DNA of 64,000 nt from Octopus sinensis (GCF_006345805.1 NC_043009.1:38316001-38380000), one strand, 5' to 3'. Positions 41,131 to 55,333 are shown, counted from the stretch's first letter. Numbers and translations are program-made. Notes: generated by a model from the letters alone, not told the origin.

Positions 41131-42119
41131 TTGTACCTATTGTAGAAAGGACGTTGCTCTATCTCAGGTAATGATCTCTCACAGAGAATCACTTGCCATA
41201 AGCAATGACTATAAAAAGCTTAGAGTACCTCCTGTGTGCAAGTAGACGAAAGACAAGTTATTTAAATATTAGTTTTTATCTTTGAATTATCTCAGTCACT
41301 AGACTGTGGCCAAGCAGGGGCACCGCCTTAAAGGATTTATTCGAACAAACCGACCCTATTACGCGAGCGCACACACTCTGCCAAATTCACTCACAACGCA
41401 TTGGTCAGCCCTGGGTTTCAGTTGGAAACACTTGTTCAAGGTGCCGCGCAGTGGGACTGAGTACAAAACCACACAGTTTTAAAATGAGCGTCTTATCCAC
41501 ACAGCCATACCTACACCTAATTTATGCACTTATGTAACATATCAATAAAGAGAACAAGCACGAAGACTCTCATAATTACAAGAAGAACAATTAACGCTTG
41601 GCTTCAACTGAGAGATACGAAATAATTATGATTACAACCCAAGGAGACAGGGATTAAAAATTGATCAAGTATAAATGGAAATGAAGAATAGTAGTAGTAG
41701 TAGTTGCAGCGCTTTGATCATTAATACTAATATTGATGGAAGGGATAGAAACCAATATTGATATAAGTGATAATAATTTTGATAGCAATCGCAGATGAAC
41801 AGATTACGTATAGCTTATATCAGATACTAAGCACACACACACACACACAACACACACACACACACACATAGTAGGTGTGTGGCAATAAGCTTGCTTCCCA
41901 ACCACATGGTTTCGGGTTCGGTGCCACAGCGTGGTACCTTGGGCAAGTGTCTTCTACTATAGCCTTGTTACTTATTTGCTATATATATATAATATATATA
42001 TATATAAATTAAGAATTGTAATTAAAAGCAGGTGTTATTCAAATCTTTATACTTCCGACATATGTTTCGAAGAAAACGTTGGTATTATTCCCGAGGGAAT
42101 ATATATATATATATATATA

Positions 42120-42520
42120 GTCACAGGCGTGGTTGTGTGACTAGAAGGCTGTTTCACAACATGGTTCCGGGTATAGTCCCACTGCGTGGCATCTTAGGCA
42201 GGTGTCGTCTGCTATAGCCTCGGGTCGACCAAAGCCTTATGAGTGGATTTGGTAGACGGAAACTGAAAGAAGCCCGTCCCATATATATATATTTATATTT
42301 ATATATATTCATGTGTGTGTGACTGTGTTTGTCTACCCCCATCACCACTTGACAACCGGTGTTGCTGTATTTACGTCTCCGTAGCATAGCGATTCGGCGA
42401 AAGACACCGATAGAATAAGTACCAGGCTCACGAAATTAATACTGTTGTCCATTCATTTAACTACAAATTCAAGGCGCTGCCCCAGTATGGCCCCAGTCTA
42501 ATGACTGAAACAGGTAAAAG
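42120..42520 (+). mobile_element. Full-length CORE-like tRNA SINE
   Basis: CACAGGCGTGGTTGTGTG...GGTATAGTCCCACTGCGTGGC, ending GACTGAAACAGGTAAAAGA, with internal (TA)/(TG). Confidence 0.85.
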
Positions 42521-42562
42521 ATACATACATATTTATATATATTATATATAGATATATATATA

Positions 42563-42645
<83 letters not shown>

Positions 42646-42883
42646 ATATATATTGGCTTTAGATTTTAATACAGAGGTCAGCAGTTCCAAGGGAAAGGGT
42701 GAGCCCATTGCATCGATCCGAGAGCTCAAATGGGTACCTATTTAACTCCGAAATGAAAGGATGAAAGGCATAGTCGACCGCGTCGGAATTTGAACTCAGA
42801 ACGTTAAGACCAACAAAATGCTGCTAAGCATTTTGCCCGAGTACTAACCATTCTGCAAATTCGCAGCCATGTGTGTGGTGTGT

Positions 42884-42934
<51 letters not shown>

Positions 42935-43042
42935 TGAGAGAGAGAGAGAGAGAAAGAGAACAAGAGACAATTTGTGTATGCGTGTGTGTGTATAAACACG
43001 CATATCTATATATAGATACATACATACATATATAATATATAT

Positions 43043-43084
<42 letters not shown>

Positions 43085-43085
43085 T

Positions 43086-43138
<53 letters not shown>

Positions 43139-44254
43139 GTATATATTATAAATGTGTATATATATATATAATATATATATATATATGTAGAATATATATA
43201 TATATATATATATATGATATATATATATATATTATATATATGCATATATATATATATATATATATACACACAGGTACATATACACGAATTTATGTATGTA
43301 TGTAAGTAAGTGTATATATATACGCGTACATCCATTGTGTCTTTGCTTATCTATCAATCTCTCTGTCTATCTATCTATCAGTCTATCTGTCTGTCTGTCT
43401 CTATCTGTCTGTACATACATACGTGCATACATACACACATATGAAAAACTGCGACTGCTCTGTTCTTATTGTTTGTTTTATATCTGTGTTATTGACACAT
43501 CCTTCATAAAAATACATTCCATTTACGAAATATTCCATTTCCATAAAGGTCTCCGGGAATATATATATGCATTGAGAATAAATACATACATTAACACCTG
43601 GAATCAATACATCTCGTCAAGGTAACAAAAGATGTATTCACTCTGATCTGGAGAACTTCTCTCCGTGGATGGAAATAATCGCCATCGTAACTTAAGTCAA
43701 TACTGGCTAACTCGTCTTTCTGTAGTATATTTTACCGTTTAGTTAGGGATGGAAGGGTAGCGCCTATGATATGATCCTTATGTTTTTAGAGAATACTAGG
43801 CAGAAGAGAACAGATTGCCCTTAAAATGGAGTCGTGGCATGAATAATTGCGACAAAATATATTCTGTTAAAGATACCCATGGGGCTTCGTATTGTTGTTA
43901 AAGTTAGATGATGAATCATGGTTATTTTAAGATTATCAGAATATGATCAAATATTATTAAAATTACGTACATTTCAGACACACACGCATACATACGTGCG
44001 AGCAATGCCTCGTGAGCGAATTTGGTAATCGGAAACTATGAAAGTTGTTCATATATGTATGTATGTCTGGATGTGTGTGTGTGTGTGTGTGTGTGTCTTT
44101 CTGTTTGTGTTTGTCATCCACCGCTTGATAATCGGTGTCGATTTGTTTACATCCCTATAACTTAGTGGTTCGGTAAAAGGCGTTCGATAAAATTAGTATC
44201 AGATTTTAAAAACCTGTAAGTACTGGGGGCGATTTGTTCAACAAAAAACCTTAA

Positions 44255-44760
44255 AATATACGAAGTCCAACATACCCATTATGGCTACCAGTCTAACAAA
44301 AGTACACCAGGCACATGCATCACAACCATATGTGCGTGACATAGCGACAGGGTGATCTCATATCAAGATAAACAGCAGATGACCTTGCCGGTGGGGGCCC
44401 AGTTAGAATTTTATTCAGATCGAATAGCCGAATGAGGATTGTTTAAAGATGTTGAACAAAACATCCATGTTTCCAAAAGTGAATTATCCAAACCTCAAAG
44501 AATTCCTCTCAACACATGGCTATGATGCTCCCCCACTACTTCTGCTCGTGATCACAAATGCACATATCGTTAACCGCTAAGGGATATATTCAACTGGTTA
44601 AGGTCAAGCAACTGACAAGCAAATCTGTGGTATTGAGCAGAATATTTGCTGTAGCCCATCTTTTATACCGAGACAAAACAATGTACATGATAACACTTCC
44701 AATCAGTTAAGATAAGAATACATGAGAGCCACTGCCTGGTACTGCATCAAGGCATTTATC
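44255..44760. mobile_element. Unclassified interspersed repeat
   Basis: Non-coding, GC-balanced block that I recall as a recurrent octopus repeat. No internal evidence for its class. Confidence 0.35.
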
Positions 44761-44791
44761 ATCATCATCCATCATCATTATTATTATTATT

Positions 44792-45030
44792 AAGGCGGCG
44801 AGCTGGCTGAATCGTTAGCACGCCGGAAGAAATGCTTAGCGATACTTCGCCCGTCGCTACGTTCTGGGTTCAAATTCCGCTGAAGTCAACTTAGCCTTTC
44901 ATCCTTTCGGGGTCGATGAAATAAGTGCCAGTTACGCACTGAAGTCGATGTAATCGACTAGCCCCCTTCCCCCAACAAAAAGTTTCAAGTCTTTGTGCCT
45001 AGAGTAGAAATAATAATAATAATAGTAATC
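44792..45030 (+). mobile_element. Full-length tail-A tRNA SINE
   Basis: AAGGCGGCGAGCTGGC...GGGTTCAAATTCC, ending GTGCCTAGAGTAGAAATAATAATAAT. Confidence 0.85.
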
Positions 45031-45034
45031 ATCA

Positions 45035-45147
45035 TTCTTCTTCTTCTTCTTCTTCTTCTTCTTCTTCTTCTTCTTCTTCTTCTTCTTCTTCTTCTTCTTC
45101 TTCTTCTTCTTCTTCTTCTTCTTCTTCTTCTTCTTCTTCTTCTTCTT

Positions 45148-45177
<30 letters not shown>
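45035..45177. repeat. Pure (TTC)n microsatellite
   Basis: Direct reading. It is the source of the poly-K and poly-L ORFs. Confidence 0.98.
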
Positions 45178-45178
<1 letters not shown>

Positions 45179-47646
45179 ATTTTGTTCATCATCTGTAAAT
45201 GCGTGTGTATTAATCGTTTTATTTATTTTATTCAATTTCAGAAAAAGTGAAGCAAGTCTTTGACAATTCCGGAGTGTATCAAACCATTTTGTGCGTGACA
45301 TTTAGCCTACCCTGTATAACACACACAAACACGCACACACACACACGCATACACACACGTGAGCATGTGTGTATAAGTATACGTATTTTACCGCCTTTAT
45401 TAAAGAGTCACCAGACTCTTTAGCAAGAGTCCAGTCTGATCGATATTTGATGTCTAATCAATATGGCATATGCATAAAGCACTTTAAGGGCGACTAGTGT
45501 GCCATTGATTTCTGGTTATCTTGTATTTGTTGAACAGTGTAAATAGATGTTTATTACAGTAATTAAATAATTACTATTTTACTTCATTAATAACCTGTTA
45601 TTTAACTATGTCTTTGAGATTTCTGAAAGAGTAATTTTAAACTCACCACCTTTAATAATATTGAATAAATACGCTCTAGTAAGCGTCTCAGGCTAGAACA
45701 ATTCAGTCTAACCACTAATGTGATTACGTTTGTTAAGAAAGTGCGTCAAAGCAGCGAGATCAAAGACTATAATGAATGTTGTTTACTTCTAGGAATTCAA
45801 TCTCCGTTAATGCCTAATGCTCTGCCGAAGATCTGAATACTTTAATGGTTTCTATAAACATTTCAAAATGTCTTCAGGTTAAGAGGGTTTTTCTTACGGT
45901 TTTTGCTGCCGAAATGAAACAATTTCGAGCCAAGACACATGCACTAAAAAAAAAGAAAAAAAAAAAAGTAAAAAGAAAAAATACAAATAAAATATAAAAC
46001 AGATTTTATATTTATACTAATGGCTGTTTTAAAACAATTTCATATAACCTATAAGATTATGATTTCATTGCAGTTTAATTCTTCTATAGCACAATATGGC
46101 CACAAAATATTCATAACAAAATAGTTATGATAGAATTTCGAGGAAATATTAAAAACACATAATAATTAATGGGGTACACGCAGAGCAGCAAGAATACAAA
46201 CGATATCATATCTATCCATTCTTAATACATTTCTGACAGATTCGAACGTCAATCGGATAATATCTCCACCCTTTATGTTCATAATACGTGATTCACCGAC
46301 TTAAAAAAAAAAAACTTTGAAGAACCGCACTGTTTCGACCTTTTTGTGTGTCTCCCACCTTAGTAAAAGTTATACACCAAGCCGATGAGTTTGACAAGAG
46401 CACGAGCTCCTGTCTATGAGAATTAAGAAACAAATTATTTGCTGGTGCATGACAATAAACAAGGGGCAGGGGCACGTAGAGCAGCGAGAATTCAAACAAT
46501 AATGTCTCTATTCATTCACAAATGTATCTATTCATTCTCAAATTCAAGCGTAATTATTTGCGTGCAGTTACGTTTCGTCGTCGAAGAATACCTCCTCTAT
46601 TTAGACGATGGGTGTTCACAACGCATGTAATTTACAGGTATTTGAGGACTGGAAACACTGCAATGTTTCGACCCCGATGAATCTGACAACAGCGATTAGA
46701 TATCCACGTTCGAATCTTCCAGAATGTATTATGAATGAATAAACGCTGAAACATATTTTACAACAAATTTTAAGATTTCTTATTTATTTATAGTGTTATC
46801 ACTGGTTCTCTCTCCATCATTATTGTAGTTTAGCCCAGATTAATCGTTCTAGCTGTCACCATTCCATCCTTCACTCAGTGATAATACCTTAAGGATCACT
46901 TTAGGCGATGTACCTTCCCTTTTTCAGAGAGTAGGGTGCAGTTTGATGGAAGTTGGGTGCTTTCTTTAGCAGACTTGGTGCCTATGCATAGGCACTCTCA
47001 TTTGTTCTTCCTTATCCGTCCATTTAGTTTTACAACATTTTCGTTTCCCAAAAACATTTCTTTTATAAAACATTGGAGTATTACAATAAAACTAAAAATA
47101 TTCAGTTGAATGGAATAAGATTTCATTTAGCATGTACGTGAATATTCTTCAGGAAACTTACACGTAGAATTGGCGGAGTAATTCAATAATCTACATCTAC
47201 ATCTCTTCATTTCATATTCTATACATATATTTTCGGTTCAACACTCACAGAAGTTAGAAGTCTCAGCACTTAATTCAAAATCAGCTCATAGGTTCCCTTA
47301 AGTCAGCATCACAACTTACAAGGCATCAACATTTTCTTCAGTACACGAAACTGACTTTTAAACGTTTCTATATAAAATTATAAGCGTATTATACGAAATT
47401 TTATGACAACCGTCTTCACAAGCAGAATACCGTCCAAAGGGACTCCAATGAATTTTGTGAATAATTTTCAACTTATTTATGACACTTGACATCATACCTT
47501 GTTTTGCCTTCGTTCCTTAAATCATTCATGGAATTTTGGGGATGGAATCTTAACATACGGCAACATCGGTAAGTGTCTTCGAATATAGACCCGGACCGAT
47601 TAATGCCTTATAAGTGTATTTGTTAAACAGAAACTGGGTGGAAGCC

Positions 47647-47761
<115 letters not shown>

Positions 47762-48774
47762 TATATAAGATTCAGTTGAATTAGGTACTTAAGTTCAGGT
47801 ACCAAGTCTGTCCGATATTGTCCTCACCACCATCGCCTGACAACCGATGTTGGCGTGTTTACGTCCCCGTAACTGACCGGTCGGCAATAGAGACCGATAG
47901 AATAAGTACTGGGCTAACAAAGAATAAGTCCTGAGGTCGATTTGTTCAACTAAAGGTGGTGCTCCAGCATGGCTGCAGTCAAATGACTGAAACAAATAAA
48001 AGAATAAATACAAGCTTCTCAACCACATAGCCACGTCTCTTCAATATATTAATGATAAAAATAATACTTTCTACTATAGGCACAAGGTCAGAAATTTCAG
48101 GGGTGGCATATTCGATTACATAGACACCAGTCCGCCACTGGTTCTTATTTTATTGGCTCCCAATGGATAAAAGGGGATCTCAGTGAAATTTGAACTAAGA
48201 GTTTAAAGAGCCGGTTGAAATACTCCGAAGCATTTTTTGCACGCCGCTCTAACTATTCTGTCAGCTCGCCATCTTAAAAGACGTATGATATAATGTTAAT
48301 ACGGGCAGTTACGAAATTATATGGTGACCTTGTACTTAACCAGAACAAACTATTAATTTCACGAGAGGATTTTAGTCAATGTACTGGTGTAGGGTCAGAA
48401 GTACTTTATCGTTAACATTATGGAAAAGGTAACTTCAGCCTTGCTCTGAAAATATAATTTGCAGTTAATCAGAAACGATTAACTGAGCTCTAGTTGTTAT
48501 TTAGCCCCAAGCCAACGCTAATTGAGTAAGGTATAGCCAAAAGTGTTCGACCCAGGATCAACCCACCTTTGTTTCAGATTTGTGTGTATTCAGGAAATCT
48601 AAATTATCACGGAAACATACGACTTTTTCTTTTTAGGACAGTAGCATTCAATTTTGAGGGAGTTTGGCTGCTATTTTTAGCTGACCGACCGATCACATAA
48701 AGGCCGCATCTTTGCGATGTACTTTTAGAAAATGATGGTGGTGATGGTGATGATGATGACAATAATGATGATGA

Positions 48775-48808
<34 letters not shown>

Positions 48809-48825
48809 GGTGGTGGTGGTGGTGG

Positions 48826-48997
48826 TTATGGCAGTCGAGGTGATATTTCAGCTCTGTTTCTTAGGGTGGGATGTATGGGATGTGTAATATGAACTCTTTT
48901 CTCTGGCGTTTCTGAATGTAACTGTCGTTGCTTATCCTTCCTTTCCTGGGAATGAATCTCTGTGATTAGAGTTTCATAAGCCTCTCCCCAGCCACAA
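48826..48997 (-). CDS. Candidate terminal coding exon of an unknown gene (CGWGEAYETLITEIHSQERKDKQ...EISPRLP*)
   Basis: Pyrimidine-rich acceptor TTCCTATTTGCTCCTTATGTATTCTTCAG, then 1 nt plus 56 sense codons and TAA in non-repetitive sequence, followed by a UTR-like (CAC/CAT)n tract. No homolog recognised. Confidence 0.45.
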
Positions 48998-49306
48998 CTG
49001 AAGAATACATAAGGAGCAAATAGGAATATGAAAGCTAAATGTGCTTTATTACATGATGGGCACAAAAAATAAAGACAAATAGAGAATAAATATTAAATAT
49101 ATAAGATGAGAGAGACATCGTTAAAATTAGGATGAGAAAGAGAGAGAGAGAGGGGGGAGAGAGGGGAGAGAGATGGGGAGAGAGAGGGGGGAGAGAAAGA
49201 GGAGGAGAGAGAGATAAACAACAGAGTGAATAAGTGAAATATATGAAACAAGGAAGAGAGAGTGCAAGAGTGAGTGAGTGACAAAGAGAAAGAAAGAAAG
49301 AATCAG

Positions 49307-49409
<103 letters not shown>

Positions 49410-50127
49410 TTAAAACTTGTCTCCTACGGTAGAGAATATCTGGTCAACAATTGACTTCAATGCAAGCAGGAAAATAAAGCATGAATGACTGGGTTGTTGA
49501 CATACAACAAAAGATGTTGATTGACAATAATAATATTATTAGTATTCAAAAATATTTTAACAAAAGTTCACATAAGTGTCTGTATTTTTAACGACAAATG
49601 AGAGTCTAAAACAAGATGTCATACCAACATTACATTAAAACTTATATTTATTTCGACAAAGTTTTGTTTTAGACAACATCTGTTACTATTTCCCCCGTAC
49701 CACGGCGAACATTCTAGATATGTGTTTCAATGGAAATTAACCGGAAAGATGGCTTGTTATTTGCAGAAAAGTGTGGGAAAGGAGCTATCCTCTTCAAATT
49801 AGAAACGTATGTCATTTTAAGCCGGCCCGACCCTTCAACCACTAGGCGTGAGACCTTGTTGTTAGAGTATTATGCACAAGATCGTTAGGTTGTTGGTTCG
49901 GTTCTTGAACTGGGCATTACGTTGTTCCCTTCAACATAACTCTTCGACACTTCATTTCACGTTACTCCAGTATACTCACCTGTGAATAAAATCCATGTTG
50001 ATGTAGATTTTTCTCTCCATACGGCTGTTCACACCTTGAGTGTTCTCTTATGTATGTATGTATGTATGTATGTATGTATGTATGTATGTATGTATGTATG
50101 TATGTATGTATGTATGCATGTATGTAT

Positions 50128-51203
50128 GTCATTATTCAGTTTGTTTCAAGATTTTTTGCCAATAGAGAAAGAATCGGATTCTAACTTAGATCCAAGGCTC
50201 CTTCACTGGAATTTCAACATCAACAACAGGGTATGTTTGTATGTATGTATGAGTGGATGTATATGTATGTGTAGATTTGTATGTTTTATGTATGTATTGT
50301 CATGCATAGAGTTGTACATCTAAATATGCTCATATACCTTTAAATGATAAACTTCTGGAAAGTTTTACAGATTGTTACATCGAATGATGATTGGATCTGT
50401 AGTCTTCGAATTAGCTTTCTCCTTTCTGGTTTTGAGAAGCCTAATTTCTCAAGATGGGTATTTAGGCCGTGTGTTACCTATCTCAGGGATCCAATAACTG
50501 CAAGTATAAACCTGGACTTCTAATTTGGATAGAGTAACTGCATATTTCTTAATAGCTCAGCATAGGTGTTCTCTTTTTCACTGATCTTCAGCTTTATGTT
50601 AACATCTGCTGGGCAGCTAATTTCGACAACAGTGCACAGTTTCTCCTCTCCATCCCAAATCATTATATCAGGTCTGTTGTGCTTACATTTTATTGGGGTG
50701 TTCACTGAGATATTCCACCAGGATCCCTTTATATTAGTGGCTATGACTTCTGCCATATTGTTCGTTCTTATTTCTTTGTCCTCGGGATTATCCTTTCCAC
50801 GGATTTTATTGTAGAGTGTCCTAGCTACAACATCATGTCACATCGGTAGATTATACCGTGATGACATTTTCGGACAACTGCTTATGATGTGGGTGATATC
50901 TTCAGTGTGAACTCCACAAAGTCTGCATCGGTTGTCACATTTTACTGCTTTCACCGTATCTCTATCCCTTTTGTGCATCAGGCACTTGGTTGATATTTCC
51001 TGTTCCTGGATCGCAAACGCATACCCTTCAGAGTGGGAGAGTAGTAATCCGGCCATTCGTCCATGATAAACTGCTTGGATGATCGATGTTACTATCATCA
51101 CGGAGCTTTCTACTGATATATCTATGCATAATCTGCTCATATAGGCTCGTCCTTTCGTCTGATGATACTATACGACTTCTTTGGGCATGTATTCTAAGTT
51201 ATG
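50128..51203 (-). mobile_element. 5'-truncated RLE-type LINE (R4/Dong-like) flanked by (CATA)n
   Basis: CRLCGVHTEDITHIISSC knuckle, (R)HDVV, NRPDIMIWD...VEISCPAD...SEKENTY (PD-D/ExK-like nuclease), then a 3' UTR. (TATG)n on both sides. Confidence 0.9.
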
Positions 51204-52289
51204 TATGTATGTATGTATGTATGTATGTATGTATGTATGTATGTATGTATGTATGTATGTATGTATGTATGTATGCATGTATGCATGTATGTATGTATGT
51301 AATAATGTATGTTTGTATGCATGTATGTATGTATGTATATGTGTGTGTGTTCATATGTATGAGTGAATGTGTTTGTGTTTGTTCCCGCCACTGGTTGATA
51401 CCGCTATTAGTTTGTTTACATCTCCGTAAGTTCGTAGTTCTGAAAAAGTGTCCGATAAGGATAAGCACCAAACTTAAATATAAGTACAGGGATTGATTTG
51501 TTACTACTAAAATCTTCAAGGCGTTGCTCCGAAATGGCTGCAGTCCAATGACTGAAGCAAGTAAAAGATAAAAGAGACATGCACAACTTGGTTGATTATT
51601 GGCTTAATCACTTTGTTAATCTCCAACGATAAGAAATAAATATTTTATACAACAGTTTAATGAAACTGATGGAATTTTATTTTTAATCTAATGTGCTCAT
51701 GTGATGAACTATTGGGATTAAGAATGCTGAATATTCAAAATGTTTGGGGAGACATTAAAAAGTGAAAAACTTGTACTTGTTTCATTTATTGGATAGCAGC
51801 TTTGAAGGGTTTAGACGAACAAATTGACTCCTGTAGTTATTTATTTCTAAAGTCTGAGACATTTCTAAAATCTGCTCCAGCTTAGTTACGTGGACGTAAA
51901 CAACGGGTTACCAAGTGCTAAGAGTAGGGGAAATGCGAAGACAAAGACACAAACGTACACGCATACTTACACACACCATACATATACACGATGGGTTTCC
52001 TCAGTTTCCATGGACAAAATCCACTCACAATGCATTGGTCAGGCCGAGGTTATAATGGAAGACACTTGCCCAAGGTGTCACTCGGTAGGACTGAACACGA
52101 AATTATACAGTAGCAAATCGAGATTCTTAAGTAGACAGCTTGCGCTTATATACAGATATTTAATATTCAAATACTTCAAGATTCTCAGTGTGAGCATACA
52201 ATAGGAAGAATTCTCATTATTGAAAACTACGAAGACTAATAAGTTCTGTTTGAGCAAAAATTCTGAATAGACAAGTAATTCAAAGATTT

Positions 52290-53660
52290 GTTGAAAGAAC
52301 TGTTGATATAATGGCGGCCGAAAAAAAGTCAGCGATCTGGAAGAAGCGTTACTGCACCGGACAAAATGCTGTCCAGAATTTCTTCTTCCTTTGGGTTCTG
52401 GGTTCAAATTCCTATTTCTTTACTACCAACAAGAGGCTAAATACAGAGGGGACGAACAAGGACAGACAAACGGATTAAGTCGATTATATCGACCCCAGTG
52501 CATAACTTGTACTTATTTAATCGACCCCGAAAGGATGAAAGGCAAAGTCGACCTCGGCGGAATTTGAACCCAGAACGTAGCGGTAGACAAAATACTGCTG
52601 AGCATTTCGCCCGACGTGCTAACGTTTCTGTCAGCTCGCCTGGGTTCAAATTCCATCGAGATCGAGTTCCTCTTTCATCCTTTTAAGATCGATAAAGTAC
52701 AAGTTGAGCACTGCAGTCGGTGTAATCAACTATCCCCTTCCCACGGAACTTCAGGACTTTAGCCTATTATTATGAAGGCGGCGAGCTGGCAGAAACGTTA
52801 GCACGCCGGGCGAAATGCTTAGCGGTGTTTCATCTGCCGCTACGTTCTGAGTTCAAATTCCGCCGAGGTCGACTTTGCCTTTCATCCTTTCGGGGTCGAT
52901 TAAATAAGTACAACTTATGCACTGGGGTCGATATAATCGACTTAATCCGTTTGTCTGTCCTTGTTTGTCCTCTCTGTGTTTAGCCCCTTGTGGGTAGTAA
53001 AGAAATAGGCATTTCTTCTGGCTCTTTAAAATCATGAGTTCGAATTCCATCGAGGTCGACATTGCTTTTCATCCTTTGGGGGTCGATAACTTAAGTACTA
53101 TTCGAGCACCGGGGTCAATGATATCGACTAGCCACCTCCTTCAAAATTTCAGACTTTGTGCCTATATTACGAAGACATTATTGCGAAAAATATGCGGTGA
53201 GCTAGTGGAGTTGATACGGCGCCGAATAAAATGTTTAGAAGCAATTCTTCCGGATCTTTACGTTCTGAGTTCCGATGTCACCGATGTCAATTTTGCCTTT
53301 TGTCGTTTCGGGGGCAATAAAATTAAGTACTATTAGAGCAGTGGGTCAAAGTACTCGATTCCCCACCCGTCACCTAAAGATGGTTAACTTTGTATCAAAA
53401 TAACAAAAAAAATTGTTTAGAAAAATCGAAAGGCAGAGAGCTGGTAGAATCGTTAGAGCATCAGGAAAATGCTGTGTGAAATTTCTTCCGGTCCTTTACG
53501 CTCTGAGTTCAAATCCCGTTGATGACAACTTCACTTTTCATCATCTCAGGATCAATAAAATAAAGCACCACTCAAGTACTGAGATTTGATGGGTTTGACT
53601 TATTTCCCTTTCCCTTAAAATTGCTGGCATCGTGCCTAAATTCGAAACCATTCTTATTAT
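52290..53660. mobile_element. Cluster of about six tRNA-SINE units, including an antisense nested tail-B copy
   Basis: Minus-strand B copy at 52413-52639 is flanked by a 15-bp duplication CTGGGTTCAAATTCC (52398-52412, 52640-52654). B-to-A junction at 53008. Confidence 0.9.
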
Positions 53661-54007
53661 GGAAAATTGAGAAAGGGATCTCCAAAGGAACAGAAAATAT
53701 TTGTCTTCTATTGATGTAACAATGTATATTGTATTAGAAACGTAAAAGACAATAGTTAATAAACTGGAATGACATTGTTTCTGTTATCAATCATAAATTA
53801 ATGAAGGGAAGCTTTAATGATTTTTCGATATAATTATTCATTGGTCTGGTTTGTCATCTTGCGTTCGCTTATTAATCTTCGTCACTTTCTACCTTTATCA
53901 TTCTCACTAAATTTCTCTTCTAATCTACTTTTGTGTCTACACAACCACGTGCGTGCTCTCTCTCTCACACACACACACAAACACACAGGCGCGCACGCAC
54001 ACACACA

Positions 54008-54054
<47 letters not shown>

Positions 54055-54535
54055 ACAATCAGTTTGTTTCCGGCTAGTTTCTATTGAAACAAATATCTAG
54101 AATTTTAGCCAGCGGAGAAATTGCAACAGATGTTGTCTGACACAAAACTTTGTCAGAAAGATTTAAGTTTATAATGTAATATTGGTATGACATCTATTTG
54201 TAGTGTTTTATATATATGCCACTAAAGGCAGGCAATATTTATATATCAACGTTTGCGAAATAATTTTGAATATCAAAAAGTAATAATGATAATGATAATA
54301 ATGATTATGATAATAATAAAAGTAATAATGATAATGATGATGATAATGATAATGTTGATGACAATAAGAATCCTTTCTGTTATAGGCACAAGGCTTGAAA
54401 TTTGGGGAGAAGGGATTAGTCGATTAGATCGACCCCCAGAACTCAAGAATTACTTATTTCATCGACTGCGAAAGACAAACGAAATAGTATTAAGCCTTTT
54501 GTCTGGCGGGGCGACAATTTCGCTAGCTCGTCGCC

Positions 54536-54583
<48 letters not shown>

Positions 54584-54603
54584 TAATAATATAATAATAA
54601 TAA

Positions 54604-55289
54604 TGAAAAGAAATATTACAAGTAACTGCAGAATATGTGGAGATGGACAAGAAACAATAAATCATATTATCTCTAGCTGCCCAGTCCTGGCTAAGAAGGA
54701 ATATATTCACAGACTTGACAGAGTTGGAACCTACATACATTGGAAGCTATGCCAACATTATGGAATAACAACAGAAAAAAGATGGTATAGGCACACACCA
54801 GAAAAGGTCACAGAAAACGAGAAAGCAACCATACTCTGGGATATGCCGATACACACAGATAGAGAAATTAAGGCCAACAGACCAGATATAGTTGTCAGAG
54901 ATCATGAAGAAAAAAAATGCTTTCTAATTGATGTATCAATACCGGCAGATGACAACGTGTCTCTAAAAGAAATGGAGAAACTCTCAAAATACAAAGACCT
55001 GGAAATAGAGGTAACTAGAATGTGGAACCTGAAAACAGAAACAATTCCTATCATAGTAGGTGCATTAGGCATGATAAAAAATATTCAGACACATACATAA
55101 CAAAAACACCAGGACTTACAAACACATATAACATACAGAAAATTGCACTACTAGGCACTGCACACATCCTACGCAGAACACTTTCCATACAATAACCATC
55201 AGAGCATCACAACAAATCACAGCACATACCCAAGGCACACAGAGCTGCGCTCGGTAGTGAAGTGAAAGCACGCTATAAAAATAAAACTA

Positions 55290-55292
<3 letters not shown>
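54604..55292 (+). mobile_element. 5'-truncated Dong-like RLE LINE inserted in (AAT)n
   Basis: CRICGDGQETINHIISSC, NRPDIVV...IDVSIPADD...KEMEKLSKY. A 1-nt frameshift near 55080 is followed by ...IQKIALLGTAHILRRTL and TAA at 55193-55195, then a short 3' UTR. (AAT)n on both flanks. Confidence 0.92.

Positions 55293-55333
<41 letters not shown>

Noticed and set aside
43625-43722. Minus-strand exon candidate KDELASIDLSYDGDYFHPRREVLQIR
   Set aside because: Poor polypyrimidine tract, weak donor and no recognisable homology.
44932-45198. Poly-K and poly-L ORFs
   Set aside because: Pure (TTC)n repeat at a SINE tail.
45241-45840. Plus-strand acceptors followed by KVKQVFDNSGVYQ and GIQSPLMPNALPKI*
   Set aside because: No good donor or linking evidence; such sites are expected by chance in AT-rich DNA.
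49767-49806. 40-nt AG...GTATGT micro-exon candidate on the plus strand
   Set aside because: Short, on the opposite strand to the better candidate at 48826-48997, and unsupported.
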